Below, in pieces: positions 9,475 to 17,079 of a DNA stretch of 51,324 nt (positions are counted from its first letter, which is position 1; each line of letters begins with the position of its first letter). Position numbers and translations under genes: made by a program. The stretch lies in the IMG/VR virus record IMGVR_UViG_3300027863_000005, positions 1 to 51,324 of that record; one strand, written 5' to 3'. Under the pieces are notes generated by a model. The model was given only the letters and a program-made list of their open reading frames with translations. It made no database searches and was not told the DNA's origin. This DNA is from a virus.

Positions 9475-10257
9475 ATGACGAAACTGGTGGATGCTGTGGT
9501 ACAGTCATTCATCAAGACGTGTATCCGTGCGTCTGAGCGCCCATGGCCTGAAGTTCGCGTGACGCCGGTTGCAACAAGAGCAATCGGCGAACAGATTTAC
9601 TGGCCATCACAGAACGGCTTACTACCGGACCGCCTCGCGTACGTTGACATCCGCAGTAAAAACGGCCATGAAACGCGCCACGTCACCGCAGTGGCAGACC
9701 GCATTGACCCCAACGCAGCCTTCTATGCGGAAGCAGAATGCAGAAAGTTCATTGATAATATCGTGGCCGAACTTACGCTGGTAAAAGCGACAGACCCGAA
9801 CTACGCTGCACTGATGAGTGAGGCCAATGCCATGGTGCTCGCCGGTGTTGTTCAGGTTGACCTGAAAGACAGACTGCCACTCGCTCCCTGCGCGTTTCTT
9901 GTTGAGAAAATCTCAACAGAATGGCCGGGATGGGCGGTGCGCAGATTGGTTGACCGCCTTCTGGATAGCACGGTCATGGCCATGGCTCTCTCTGTTGATG
10001 TTGATATGCTGCCAGGCGGAAAGGCAGAAGCCGTAACAGTAAGACTCAACGGCGACCTTGCCGTACTGTTTCGTATGTGGGAGCACAGAGGGTGGAGCGG
10101 GGTAGCGTCCACACTGTTCGTCGTGGGCGACGAGAACCCGCAGGGATACGATGAAGTGACCAGAGCAATTGCATACCACTGCCCCTCCCCGGCTGATGCC
10201 ATTTCCTTCAAATACGCCCTCTCAACCATGCTGGAAATCCTGGAGGAGGAAGAATGA
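9475..10257 (+). CDS. WP-motif paralogue 9 of 10
   Basis: ERPWPE...QIYWPS; central ANAMVLAGVV...LPLAPC; C-terminal LEILEEEE. ATG 9475 follows ACGGAGGAT. Confidence 0.8.
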   Translation: MTKLVDAVVQSFIKTCIRASERPWPEVRVTPVATRAIGEQIYWPSQNGLLPDRLAYVDIRSKNGHETRHVTAVADRIDPNAAFYAEAECRKFIDNIVAELTLVKATDPNYAALMSEANAMVLAGVVQVDLKDRLPLAPCAFLVEKISTEWPGWAVRRLVDRLLDSTVMAMALSVDVDMLPGGKAEAVTVRLNGDLAVLFRMWEHRGWSGVASTLFVVGDENPQGYDEVTRAIAYHCPSPADAISFKYALSTMLEILEEEE

Positions 10258-10988
10258 GGCTCGCGCTGACCGTAATCACCACAAGGTATTTCCCTCAGCC
10301 TGACAGAGAGCAATGGCAGAAACTCCGGTCAGAATTGGCCCCGAAACCCATCAGGTTTGGGAAAGGGACCTGGCCAGCCGACGGGGACTGGCCAGAAGCC
10401 CTGTTCTACGTTCAGTCTGGCGGCCGCAAGATACACATCAGCCAGTTTGACGATGACCCGAAATTCGCCACCGAAATCGCTGCCGCCCGCCGGTGGTGCA
10501 TAGAAACCCTCTCTCCGCGAGTTGAGCAGGCGTCGGCAGAGATTGCGCTGGCCCAGGAAAAGTACCGCAACGCCATCATCCGGGAAGCGGAAGCAATCGT
10601 CCTGGGCGGACTTGCAACGTCGCAGAAAAAACTCTATATCTGGCTGCCACTTGCAGTAAGGATGATGAGGCTGTACGAGGTCAACAGCATGGAAGCGTTG
10701 AATGCTCTCTCACCACAGTACTGGCCTGAAGGCGAGGTGGCCGCAACGGTCAACATTACTATCCACAAGCGCCTTTGCTTCATGGCAAGGGCACTGCGCG
10801 ACGCCGACAGCATAGTCAGGCACTTCTACATAAAAGAAGGGGATACATTATACGCCCCGGTGTCAGTCAACAGGATTGCATACTGGCTGCATGAGAACAT
10901 GCCAGCCACGCAAATCTGTGACTACATCGGCATCGCCAGCGCGATGCAGAGCCTTGACAGTATCCTCGCAAAATGCTGTACGGGGTAA
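10254..10988 (+). CDS. WP-motif paralogue 10 of 10 (divergent N-terminus)
   Basis: GKGTWPADGDWPE; central AEAIVLGGLA...IWLPLAV. ATGA overlap with paralogue 9. Confidence 0.7.
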   Translation: MRLALTVITTRYFPQPDREQWQKLRSELAPKPIRFGKGTWPADGDWPEALFYVQSGGRKIHISQFDDDPKFATEIAAARRWCIETLSPRVEQASAEIALAQEKYRNAIIREAEAIVLGGLATSQKKLYIWLPLAVRMMRLYEVNSMEALNALSPQYWPEGEVAATVNITIHKRLCFMARALRDADSIVRHFYIKEGDTLYAPVSVNRIAYWLHENMPATQICDYIGIASAMQSLDSILAKCCTG

Positions 10989-11168
10989 TGGTCCTGGAAA
11001 GTGAGGCTGTTTGTGGAGGCAAGCAGCAGTCACCCCGGTCACCTTGAGAAACAGCGAGGGCGTTGAGGCACCCATAGCCGTTGTTTCGCTGCCGGGCAAA
11101 TCCCGGGGGAACCCGGCTTATAATTGGCAAAAAATGCCCTTGCACTGACAATGCACTCAGAGCGCAAT

Positions 11169-11198
11169 TTGCCAAAGGCGAATCCGCGATGCTATAAT
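11169..11198 (+). promoter_or_regulatory. Sigma70-type promoter for 11217 gene
   Basis: TTGCCA (11169-11174), 18-bp spacer, TGcTATAAT (-10 at 11193-11198). About 19 nt upstream of the RBS AGGAGGTG. Confidence 0.6.
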
Positions 11199-11216
11199 CT
11201 AACCAGGAGGTGAAAA

Positions 11217-11648
11217 ATGAAAATCGGAGACATCCTGCCACAAGACTTGCTGACCATCATTGCAGACACAGAACAGGCACGGGCAAGTGCGAATGAACTT
11301 GCTGATGCGATTCAGCGCGACGGGCACGAACTCGGCATCTATGTGGTGGAAGTCGGAGTCAAGCGCCCGTCCAAGACCGGGATGTGGAAGAAACAGTATC
11401 CAATCCCTGCCCACTTAGGCAACTGGGTCAAAGTACAACCTGGCTCCAGACTGTTCAAAAGGTGGGTTGGCCTGGCCAGGAAGCGTGGGCTCTGGCTCGC
11501 CTGGGTTAACGCAATCATCCCAGACGACAAGATGTCCTGGCTAAAACCGGCAGCAGTGCGTAAAAAAACGAGAGGCGCCCGGCAAAGCCGGACGCCCCTC
11601 GTCCCACAGGAGGCGCAAGATGAACAACCCAGCAGGCACCGGATGTAA
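11217..11648 (+). CDS. Hypothetical protein with basic C-terminus
   Basis: ATG after CCAGGAGGTGAAAA; 143 aa; no motif recognised. Confidence 0.65.
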   Translation: MKIGDILPQDLLTIIADTEQARASANELADAIQRDGHELGIYVVEVGVKRPSKTGMWKKQYPIPAHLGNWVKVQPGSRLFKRWVGLARKRGLWLAWVNAIIPDDKMSWLKPAAVRKKTRGARQSRTPLVPQEAQDEQPSRHRM

Positions 11649-11748
11649 CAGGTAATAACCGAAAGATATTTGAGCAATTATTACCTGCTACCTCGCCCGT
11701 CTGCCAGTAAGTATACCACAGCCTGGACAAAAGTCAACTGGTAAACAT

Positions 11749-11774
11749 GACAATACCACCAAAGTGGTATTGTC
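11749..11774. repeat. Perfect 11-bp-stem hairpin/palindrome (gacaataccac-caaa-gtggtattgtc)
   Basis: Arms 11749-11759 and 11764-11774 are exact reverse complements. No T-run follows, so it is not called a terminator. Confidence 0.7.
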
Positions 11775-11815
11775 GTCCTACCCAGAAGTAGTATGGCAAA
11801 CTCTTGATAAACGCT

Positions 11816-11843
11816 TGACAAAAAGCCTAAATGTGCAATACTT
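11816..11843 (+). promoter_or_regulatory. Candidate sigma70-type promoter (upstream member of a tandem pair)
   Basis: TTGACA (11816-11821), 16-bp spacer, TGcAATACT (extended -10; hexamer matches 4 of 6). Confidence 0.45.
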
Positions 11844-11891
11844 TTAAACGCCCGACCAACCATATAAGACCGAAGTAAAATAAAATATGTA

Positions 11892-11911
11892 GGGGGGGGG
11901 AGTGGGGGGGG
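11892..11911 (+). repeat. G9-AGT-G8 homopolymer pair (G-quadruplex-capable and slippage-prone)
   Basis: aGGGGGGGGGagtGGGGGGGGaaaaattccccaaaaaaa read directly, between the two promoters. Confidence 0.9.
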
Positions 11912-11943
11912 AAAAATTCCCCAAAAAAACTATAAAGAAGGGC

Positions 11944-11972
11944 TTGACAAAACAAAAACTTTGTGGTATAAT
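11944..11972 (+). promoter_or_regulatory. Consensus sigma70-type promoter for 12048 operon
   Basis: TTGACA (11944-11949), 17-bp spacer, TGgTATAAT (-10 at 11967-11972). An 8-bp-stem hairpin gtaggcaa-cca-ttgcctac (11986-12004) lies in the leader. Confidence 0.8.
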
Positions 11973-12047
11973 AATTGTGAACAAAGTAGGCAACCATTGC
12001 CTACCCAAACTTGACCGTTTACCCAATATTCTCACAGGAGGTGCGCG

Positions 12048-12794
12048 ATGTACTGGATTGCTTTCAACCCTCAGGATGCGCCAGGCCGCATCCTCACTCA
12101 ACTCTCGCAATCAAAGTTTTACATCTCTCCAGTTCAGGGCGTGGTCTACAGCGAAGACCCCGGCATCATCTTCGCCGTGGCGTCCTCACTGGACGCCCAG
12201 GGGTCGTCGTATGCAATGACCCCCCTCCCGCTGGGGCCGTGGCGTCGCAGCCTGATGTCCCGGCTTGCCAGTTCGCACTCCGGAGTCTATTCGTGCTGGA
12301 TGTGCGGGCAGGTGTCCGAGACGACGCACTTCTGCGGACATTGCACCAGCGTTTCTCTCATCCCTAATCCCATCAGGAAACGGACGGTCCCGGCTGGCGA
12401 CTTGCTGACCATCTGGTACCTGACGAGGTTCAGCAACGGTTCCTTTTACCCCGGTCTGCAGGTGACCCTCACGCCGGGAAAACTGGAGCCAATATCCGAC
12501 TCCCAGGTAATCACAGATGACATCCGCACCATTGCGGAAGTGATTACTGAAGCAGAACTTGATTTTAACCTTGCGCTCGTGATACTTGACGGCTACTTTG
12601 CATTCAAGACATCCTGGAAGACCCCGAGAGCAGAGTATAACCTCAGGTTGCTCCACGAACGCTATCCCAGTTATAGGGTGCCCGCAGACGTGTCTCTTCT
12701 TCGTGCACCGGCAAATTACCCAAACATCCTTTCTCGGGTGACGGAGTACGAATGGAGCAGAATGCTGGACAAACACGCCGAATTAAAGCAGTAA
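12048..12794 (+). CDS. Hypothetical protein with CxxC...CxxC zinc-ribbon-like motif
   Basis: RBS CACAGGAGGTGCGCG; CWMCGQVSETTHFCGHC. Confidence 0.65.
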   Translation: MYWIAFNPQDAPGRILTQLSQSKFYISPVQGVVYSEDPGIIFAVASSLDAQGSSYAMTPLPLGPWRRSLMSRLASSHSGVYSCWMCGQVSETTHFCGHCTSVSLIPNPIRKRTVPAGDLLTIWYLTRFSNGSFYPGLQVTLTPGKLEPISDSQVITDDIRTIAEVITEAELDFNLALVILDGYFAFKTSWKTPRAEYNLRLLHERYPSYRVPADVSLLRAPANYPNILSRVTEYEWSRMLDKHAELKQ

Positions 12795-12994
12795 TCCCTA
12801 TCGGCTTCAACTTGCAGGAAATCGTAAGACCACCAAAGGTGGGCTACGGCGACCAGTGTCCTAACTGCAACGGCTGGGGGCGTGTGTACATGAGTGACGG
12901 GAATGAACTTATCTCCACACCATGTCCTGTCTGCTCAACGCTCTCGGCCAACGAGGGTGCGCTGGTGAGATGCCTGATAGTTTCTACGATGTAG
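12752..12994 (+). CDS. Small protein with DnaJ-type CxxCxGxG zinc-finger motif
   Basis: CPNCNGWGRV and CPVCS. ATG 12752 follows ACGGAG; overlaps the preceding gene by 43 nt. Confidence 0.5.
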   Translation: MEQNAGQTRRIKAVIPIGFNLQEIVRPPKVGYGDQCPNCNGWGRVYMSDGNELISTPCPVCSTLSANEGALVRCLIVSTM

Positions 12995-13758
12995 CGAATC
13001 AGGCATTTGTGGACTCGGAATGGGACCCGGAACGGGTTCACCAATCCGTCCGGGTCCCACGCTATCATTACTACTTTCTTGCGCCAGAACTCAGTTCACT
13101 GACTACCAGGTTTTGGGAGATTTGGAGGCCGTTCCGCTTTGCTCGCGGGTGGGCTACCAAATTCCTGGCCATCAATCGTGCCAGGGACGCCGGTCTCCTG
13201 AGCGAGTACGGTGTGTCATTCGCGAAAGGCTGGGTGCTCGCCCGCCCGCGCGACCCCAGGCTCCCTCCAATTGCGTTTAGCCAGAAAGAGACGTCTGTCA
13301 GCAGTGACGGCACTGAAGTCATTACAGTTGTCACGCCGCACATCAGCGTGCAACTACCACACGAGATTACGCCAGCAGGCGCTGTGCTGGAAAGGCTGGT
13401 CATCTTCCAGAGAATCGTTCACATTGACCACCAGGTCCAGATGGCAATGGTCAGGGCGGATATTGTGACTGGCAGGTTCATAGCGCCGACGGCGTCCGAC
13501 ATAGAACTCGGGGAACGTGCGCGGCTCGCTTTTGCTGTTTCCGCAGGTCTCCCAGTTAGCGTTGACTGGAAAACATGCGGAGCAAAAGCCCCCAGGAGAC
13601 TGGCCAGGCTCATCGCCAGTCAGCACCCGGAAGACCTCGGCGTGCCGGGCCCATGGACACGCGAGTCGCTTGCCGCCTTTCTGGTGGTAAGCGGTATCGC
13701 ACCACCAGAACTTGCTATGGAGATTTCTTCTCAAATCATTGCACGGGAGGACAGATGA
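12970..13758 (+). CDS. Hypothetical protein
   Basis: Long ORF 12922..13758; start uncertain (ATG 12922 or ATG 12970); no motif recognised. Confidence 0.5.
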   Translation: MPDSFYDVANQAFVDSEWDPERVHQSVRVPRYHYYFLAPELSSLTTRFWEIWRPFRFARGWATKFLAINRARDAGLLSEYGVSFAKGWVLARPRDPRLPPIAFSQKETSVSSDGTEVITVVTPHISVQLPHEITPAGAVLERLVIFQRIVHIDHQVQMAMVRADIVTGRFIAPTASDIELGERARLAFAVSAGLPVSVDWKTCGAKAPRRLARLIASQHPEDLGVPGPWTRESLAAFLVVSGIAPPELAMEISSQIIAREDR

Positions 13759-14276
13759 AGGGAATGTCTATCACCCAACTCACCCAACTCACACAGCGGC
13801 AACTGCCGGAGGACTTTGAGCACAAGGTAATAGCAGCAGTTGAGAGACTCCGCGACGCCCAAATTGACTTAATGGCACTTGCGCTTGAGGCAGTAGAGTG
13901 TGGCCAGGTGAACTTCTTCGCATCGCTGGTCGGAATCAGCAGAGCAACCGCCCAAAACTGGGCAGTCGCCTACAAGGTTTTCGGAGACTCTATCACGCCC
14001 GACATACCAATCTACGCATACGTCACCGCTGCACTGGCAAGTGGCGGTGACAGGGAAGTAGCAGAACAGTTGCTCGGCGAAATTGCCGAGCAAGGGGTTA
14101 CAGCGTGGCTCAGCAAGACCGTCCCCCCATCCTATAGAGGGGCCGGCAGACTCATTACGGGAAGCGACTTCTTCGGCATTACTGTACCGCCGCCACCATG
14201 GATGCGTAATGGAATGCTCGTCAAGGTGTCAGTCAAGGCAGCGGATGATGCAGAGGACGCAAATGAAAGTGGCTGA
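13755..14276 (+). CDS. Hypothetical protein, possible helix-turn-helix
   Basis: ATG 13755 after GGGAGG, ATGA overlap with the previous stop. LVGISRATAQNWAVAYKVF resembles an HTH. Confidence 0.55.
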   Translation: MKGMSITQLTQLTQRQLPEDFEHKVIAAVERLRDAQIDLMALALEAVECGQVNFFASLVGISRATAQNWAVAYKVFGDSITPDIPIYAYVTAALASGGDREVAEQLLGEIAEQGVTAWLSKTVPPSYRGAGRLITGSDFFGITVPPPPWMRNGMLVKVSVKAADDAEDANESG

Positions 14277-14613
14277 GTTTACTGTTCCGGGGAAACCGGT
14301 CCCAATGCCCAGACCGCGACTTGCACACGGCCGGGTGTACGTTCCCACCCGCCTGGCGTCCTACAAGGACGCCATCGCGTGGGCCGCCAAAGCACATATC
14401 CCGAAGCCGCTGACCGGGCTTGTAGGCATCGCCATCCATTTTGGCTTACGCGGCAAGGGAGACATTGACAACCTTGCTAAATCTGTACTTGACGCACTGA
14501 ACGGAGTTGCCTACCATGACGATTCGCAAGTTGTGTTTCTCCAGTCCGAACTGCGACGCGGTGGCGATGAGTACACCACCATCACCATCTACACAATTGA
14601 GAATGCCAAATGA
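14263..14613 (+). CDS. rusA: RusA-family Holliday-junction resolvase
   Basis: FTVPGKPVPMPRPR at the N-terminus; GDIDNLAKSVLDALNGVAYHDDSQV matches the RusA catalytic Asp cluster. Confidence 0.85.
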   Translation: MKVAEFTVPGKPVPMPRPRLAHGRVYVPTRLASYKDAIAWAAKAHIPKPLTGLVGIAIHFGLRGKGDIDNLAKSVLDALNGVAYHDDSQVVFLQSELRRGGDEYTTITIYTIENAK

Positions 14614-15028
14614 ACGTGAATACGACGCGCTCAGGCCGGTGGTAGTTGTTATCCCAGGTCAACCTGTCCCCGTGTGTTTTAGACCGCTGGCCATGTGGGC
14701 ACTTGAGGGGACATGGGATGCGGACAACATGGTCAAACCAGCCGCCATCGTGGACAGCAAGTCGGGTACCTGCCCGAACCTTCACAGGCTGATTTCTGCC
14801 GCAATTGCCACAGATGCAGATGGCATCGTTATGTCAGTGCCAATTATCATTGTTGGCATAAGAACGATAGTTGTACCCGGTGAAGAGCCAGCAAGACTAT
14901 GCCCAGGTTGCAAAACGGAGACTGGGAGGTGCAAGTATGCGACAGTCATTAAACCCATATCGCCCAACCATCCAGGAAGCAATCGCCGCTCTGTCAACTT
15001 GTCCATTATCAGAGATGCGAAGGAGTGA
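14603..15028 (+). CDS. Divergent RusA-like paralogue (tentative)
   Basis: VVVIPGQPVP parallels FTVPGKPVP of the upstream RusA; WDADNMVKPAAIVD parallels GDIDNLAKSVLDAL. The rest is diverged. Overlaps both neighbours. Confidence 0.4.
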   Translation: MPNEREYDALRPVVVVIPGQPVPVCFRPLAMWALEGTWDADNMVKPAAIVDSKSGTCPNLHRLISAAIATDADGIVMSVPIIIVGIRTIVVPGEEPARLCPGCKTETGRCKYATVIKPISPNHPGSNRRSVNLSIIRDAKE

Positions 15029-15209
15029 CGTTATAGAACCGGTGCTGCGGCATCAGTCTTTCGCAGAGGCGGCCCGTGAAATCGGGTTGACCCGCCAGCG
15101 GGTCCAACAGATTTTCTGGTCCGAATGGAGGCGGCTATGCCGACAGTCGGCGAAAGAGCAATTGCAAGACTGGGGTGGAAAGCAAGACCCACCCAGGCCG
15201 AAGCAGTGA
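14937..15209 (+). CDS. Small HTH protein resembling sigma-70 region 4
   Basis: RBS GGGAGGTGCAAGT; SFAEAAREIGLTRQRVQQI resembles the region 4.2 HTH. Confidence 0.55.
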   Translation: MRQSLNPYRPTIQEAIAALSTCPLSEMRRSDVIEPVLRHQSFAEAAREIGLTRQRVQQIFWSEWRRLCRQSAKEQLQDWGGKQDPPRPKQ

Positions 15210-16456
15210 GCGACCTGATTAACGCACTACGCGGTAAGAACCGCATCATAGTGTTCACCGCACCCACAGGCGCGGGCAAGTCCGGGATGTCGTTAGCCGC
15301 CGCGAGGTGGTTAAAGAAGTCAACCGTCATCGCCGTCCCGACTATTCAACTTGCAGAGCAATGGAAGAAAATGCTGGGAGTGAAGCATTCGCTCTACGGA
15401 CGGCAAAACTACGAGTGCAGGCTTGGTGGGACGGCAGCAGATGCACCATGCATCGGCGGCCTGCCTTGCCTGTTCAGGGAGTCATGTCCCTACCTGATGG
15501 CACGTCAGCAATGCAACAAGGCAGTGGAATACACCACAACCCATGCATTTATCGCGGCGGCGGCGGTATCACACGACCCGCTGTTGGCGAACCGACTGAT
15601 TATCATAGATGAATGTCATCAGTTTCTTGAGGTCCTTGAAGAAAGCCTTGAGCCTACAGGGGAAGATAACGCGCTGTTTGCTTTGTACCCGACGCTATCA
15701 GAGATGAAAAATGCAATCGCTGATGCCGCAAGGAGAAACGACAGGGCAGCAATCGCAAAACTGACTCGCGCTCTCAAAATCACGCTCGCCACATCAGCAG
15801 GTGTGGTAAAAAACGGGAAGGTTGACATAAAGGCCTTCTTTGGGCTTCTTGGGCAGACTTTGGTAATGTCTGCCACTGTACCACAGGAGTTACTTGCAAT
15901 CGCTGATGTTGTTGTTGCCGCAGGCCAGATGGTTCCGGCCAAACAACGTCCAATCTACGTTCAGCCGGTCGGTGCGCTCAGGGCTGACAACTGTACCGAG
16001 TACGCTCACAAAATCGCAAGTGTCATCCTGACCGTCGCAGCCAGGCACGAAGGTACTGGCATTGTCCATACTGGAAACACCAGGCTCGCGGAGGCGATTT
16101 ACAATGAACTGAAGCGGTCACTGAACGGTCGGGTGTACCTCGCGGCAGGGCGAGAACGGACGAGAATCATAGAAGAAGTCCGGGGCAGAGCCGACGCCAT
16201 TATCGTCTCGCCATCCATGACCATGGGGGTGGATTTCTGCCATGCGAAATGGCAGGTAGTAGCAAAAGTACCCTTCCCCACTAAAGGCGATACCAGCCTT
16301 GACGATGCAGTGACAAGTTTTGTTCAGTTATACGGCAGACTTGTCCGGTCTCCTGAGCAAACCGGGGTGACATACGTTCTTGACGCCAACATAAGGCTCA
16401 TTGAGGAACATCTGCCAGACTACGTCAGGCAGGCGATGTTCTGGATAAAATCCTAA
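15137..16456 (+). CDS. SF2 helicase, DinG/XPD-like with four-Cys (Fe-S-like) insertion
   Basis: Walker A APTGAGKS; Walker B IIIDECH. YECRLGGTAADAPCIGGLPCLFRESCPY lies between them, as in XPD-family Fe-S domains. ATG 15137 follows GGAGGCGGCT. Confidence 0.75.
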   Translation: MPTVGERAIARLGWKARPTQAEAVSDLINALRGKNRIIVFTAPTGAGKSGMSLAAARWLKKSTVIAVPTIQLAEQWKKMLGVKHSLYGRQNYECRLGGTAADAPCIGGLPCLFRESCPYLMARQQCNKAVEYTTTHAFIAAAAVSHDPLLANRLIIIDECHQFLEVLEESLEPTGEDNALFALYPTLSEMKNAIADAARRNDRAAIAKLTRALKITLATSAGVVKNGKVDIKAFFGLLGQTLVMSATVPQELLAIADVVVAAGQMVPAKQRPIYVQPVGALRADNCTEYAHKIASVILTVAARHEGTGIVHTGNTRLAEAIYNELKRSLNGRVYLAAGRERTRIIEEVRGRADAIIVSPSMTMGVDFCHAKWQVVAKVPFPTKGDTSLDDAVTSFVQLYGRLVRSPEQTGVTYVLDANIRLIEEHLPDYVRQAMFWIKS

Positions 16457-16480
16457 ATCCTAAAATACTGGAGGTGTGTC

Positions 16481-17056
16481 ATGCAAATCAACCTGAATAT
16501 CCTTCAATCAAAGCCTGTTGTGGCACGGCTTGTCCGGCTGGAGCAGGCAACACAGAAATTCTCCGACGGCCGCGAGCGTCAGGTTGTCCTGATGACGCTC
16601 CATACCGTTGACGGGCGCGTCATTAACGACACAATTGGCGTATCTGACCGCTCGCCCAAACTCCGTGCCTTCCGGAACGCGTGTAACGCGCTCGTGGATG
16701 CGTACGGGGAGAGTGCCCTTTTAGGGACTGTCCAGTGGGAGAACAAATACTGCGAGGGCAGTGAGCCGAGATTCTCCTACTCAGTGTGGTTGCCTGTTGA
16801 ACCGGCTTCCGAAAAACCAACAGACCAGGACTTGCAACTCGTACTGGAACTGATGGAGTTTGGACAGCCAGGGGAAGGGACAACCATACCTATCCCTCAG
16901 GAAATGAGCGAGTCGTTCGCAACTGATGAGCGCAGGGCGCTCATGGAAAAGTACGGGCTGGTAGGATGGTGCGTAAGGCTCTCCGCACTTGGACTGCTGG
17001 AGGGCTATGTGGACGGGACGACCTTCCACATCCAGTCGTTCAACATTTCCGGGTAG
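16481..17056 (+). CDS. Hypothetical protein
   Basis: RBS TGGAGGTGTGTC; 191 aa; no motif recognised. Confidence 0.65.
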   Translation: MQINLNILQSKPVVARLVRLEQATQKFSDGRERQVVLMTLHTVDGRVINDTIGVSDRSPKLRAFRNACNALVDAYGESALLGTVQWENKYCEGSEPRFSYSVWLPVEPASEKPTDQDLQLVLELMEFGQPGEGTTIPIPQEMSESFATDERRALMEKYGLVGWCVRLSALGLLEGYVDGTTFHIQSFNISG

Positions 17057-17079
17057 GGCGATAAAACAGGAGGTGCAAG

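Noticed and set aside
10989-11168. Looked for a terminator or attP-like core after the paralogue array, and for an integrase anywhere in the genome.
   Set aside because: There is no stem-loop with a T-run in this interval. No tyrosine/serine recombinase motifs were seen in any ORF, so lysogeny cannot be asserted despite the XRE repressor.
12032-12050. Recurrent motif (A)CAGGAGGTGCA-N2-4-ATG at 12032, 17063, 50293, 51119, 5441 and 14931, considered as a possible shared regulatory element.
   Set aside because: It is an extended Shine-Dalgarno complementary to the 16S 3' end (GGAGGTG) at optimal spacing. Nothing is conserved beyond the SD plus 2-3 nt.
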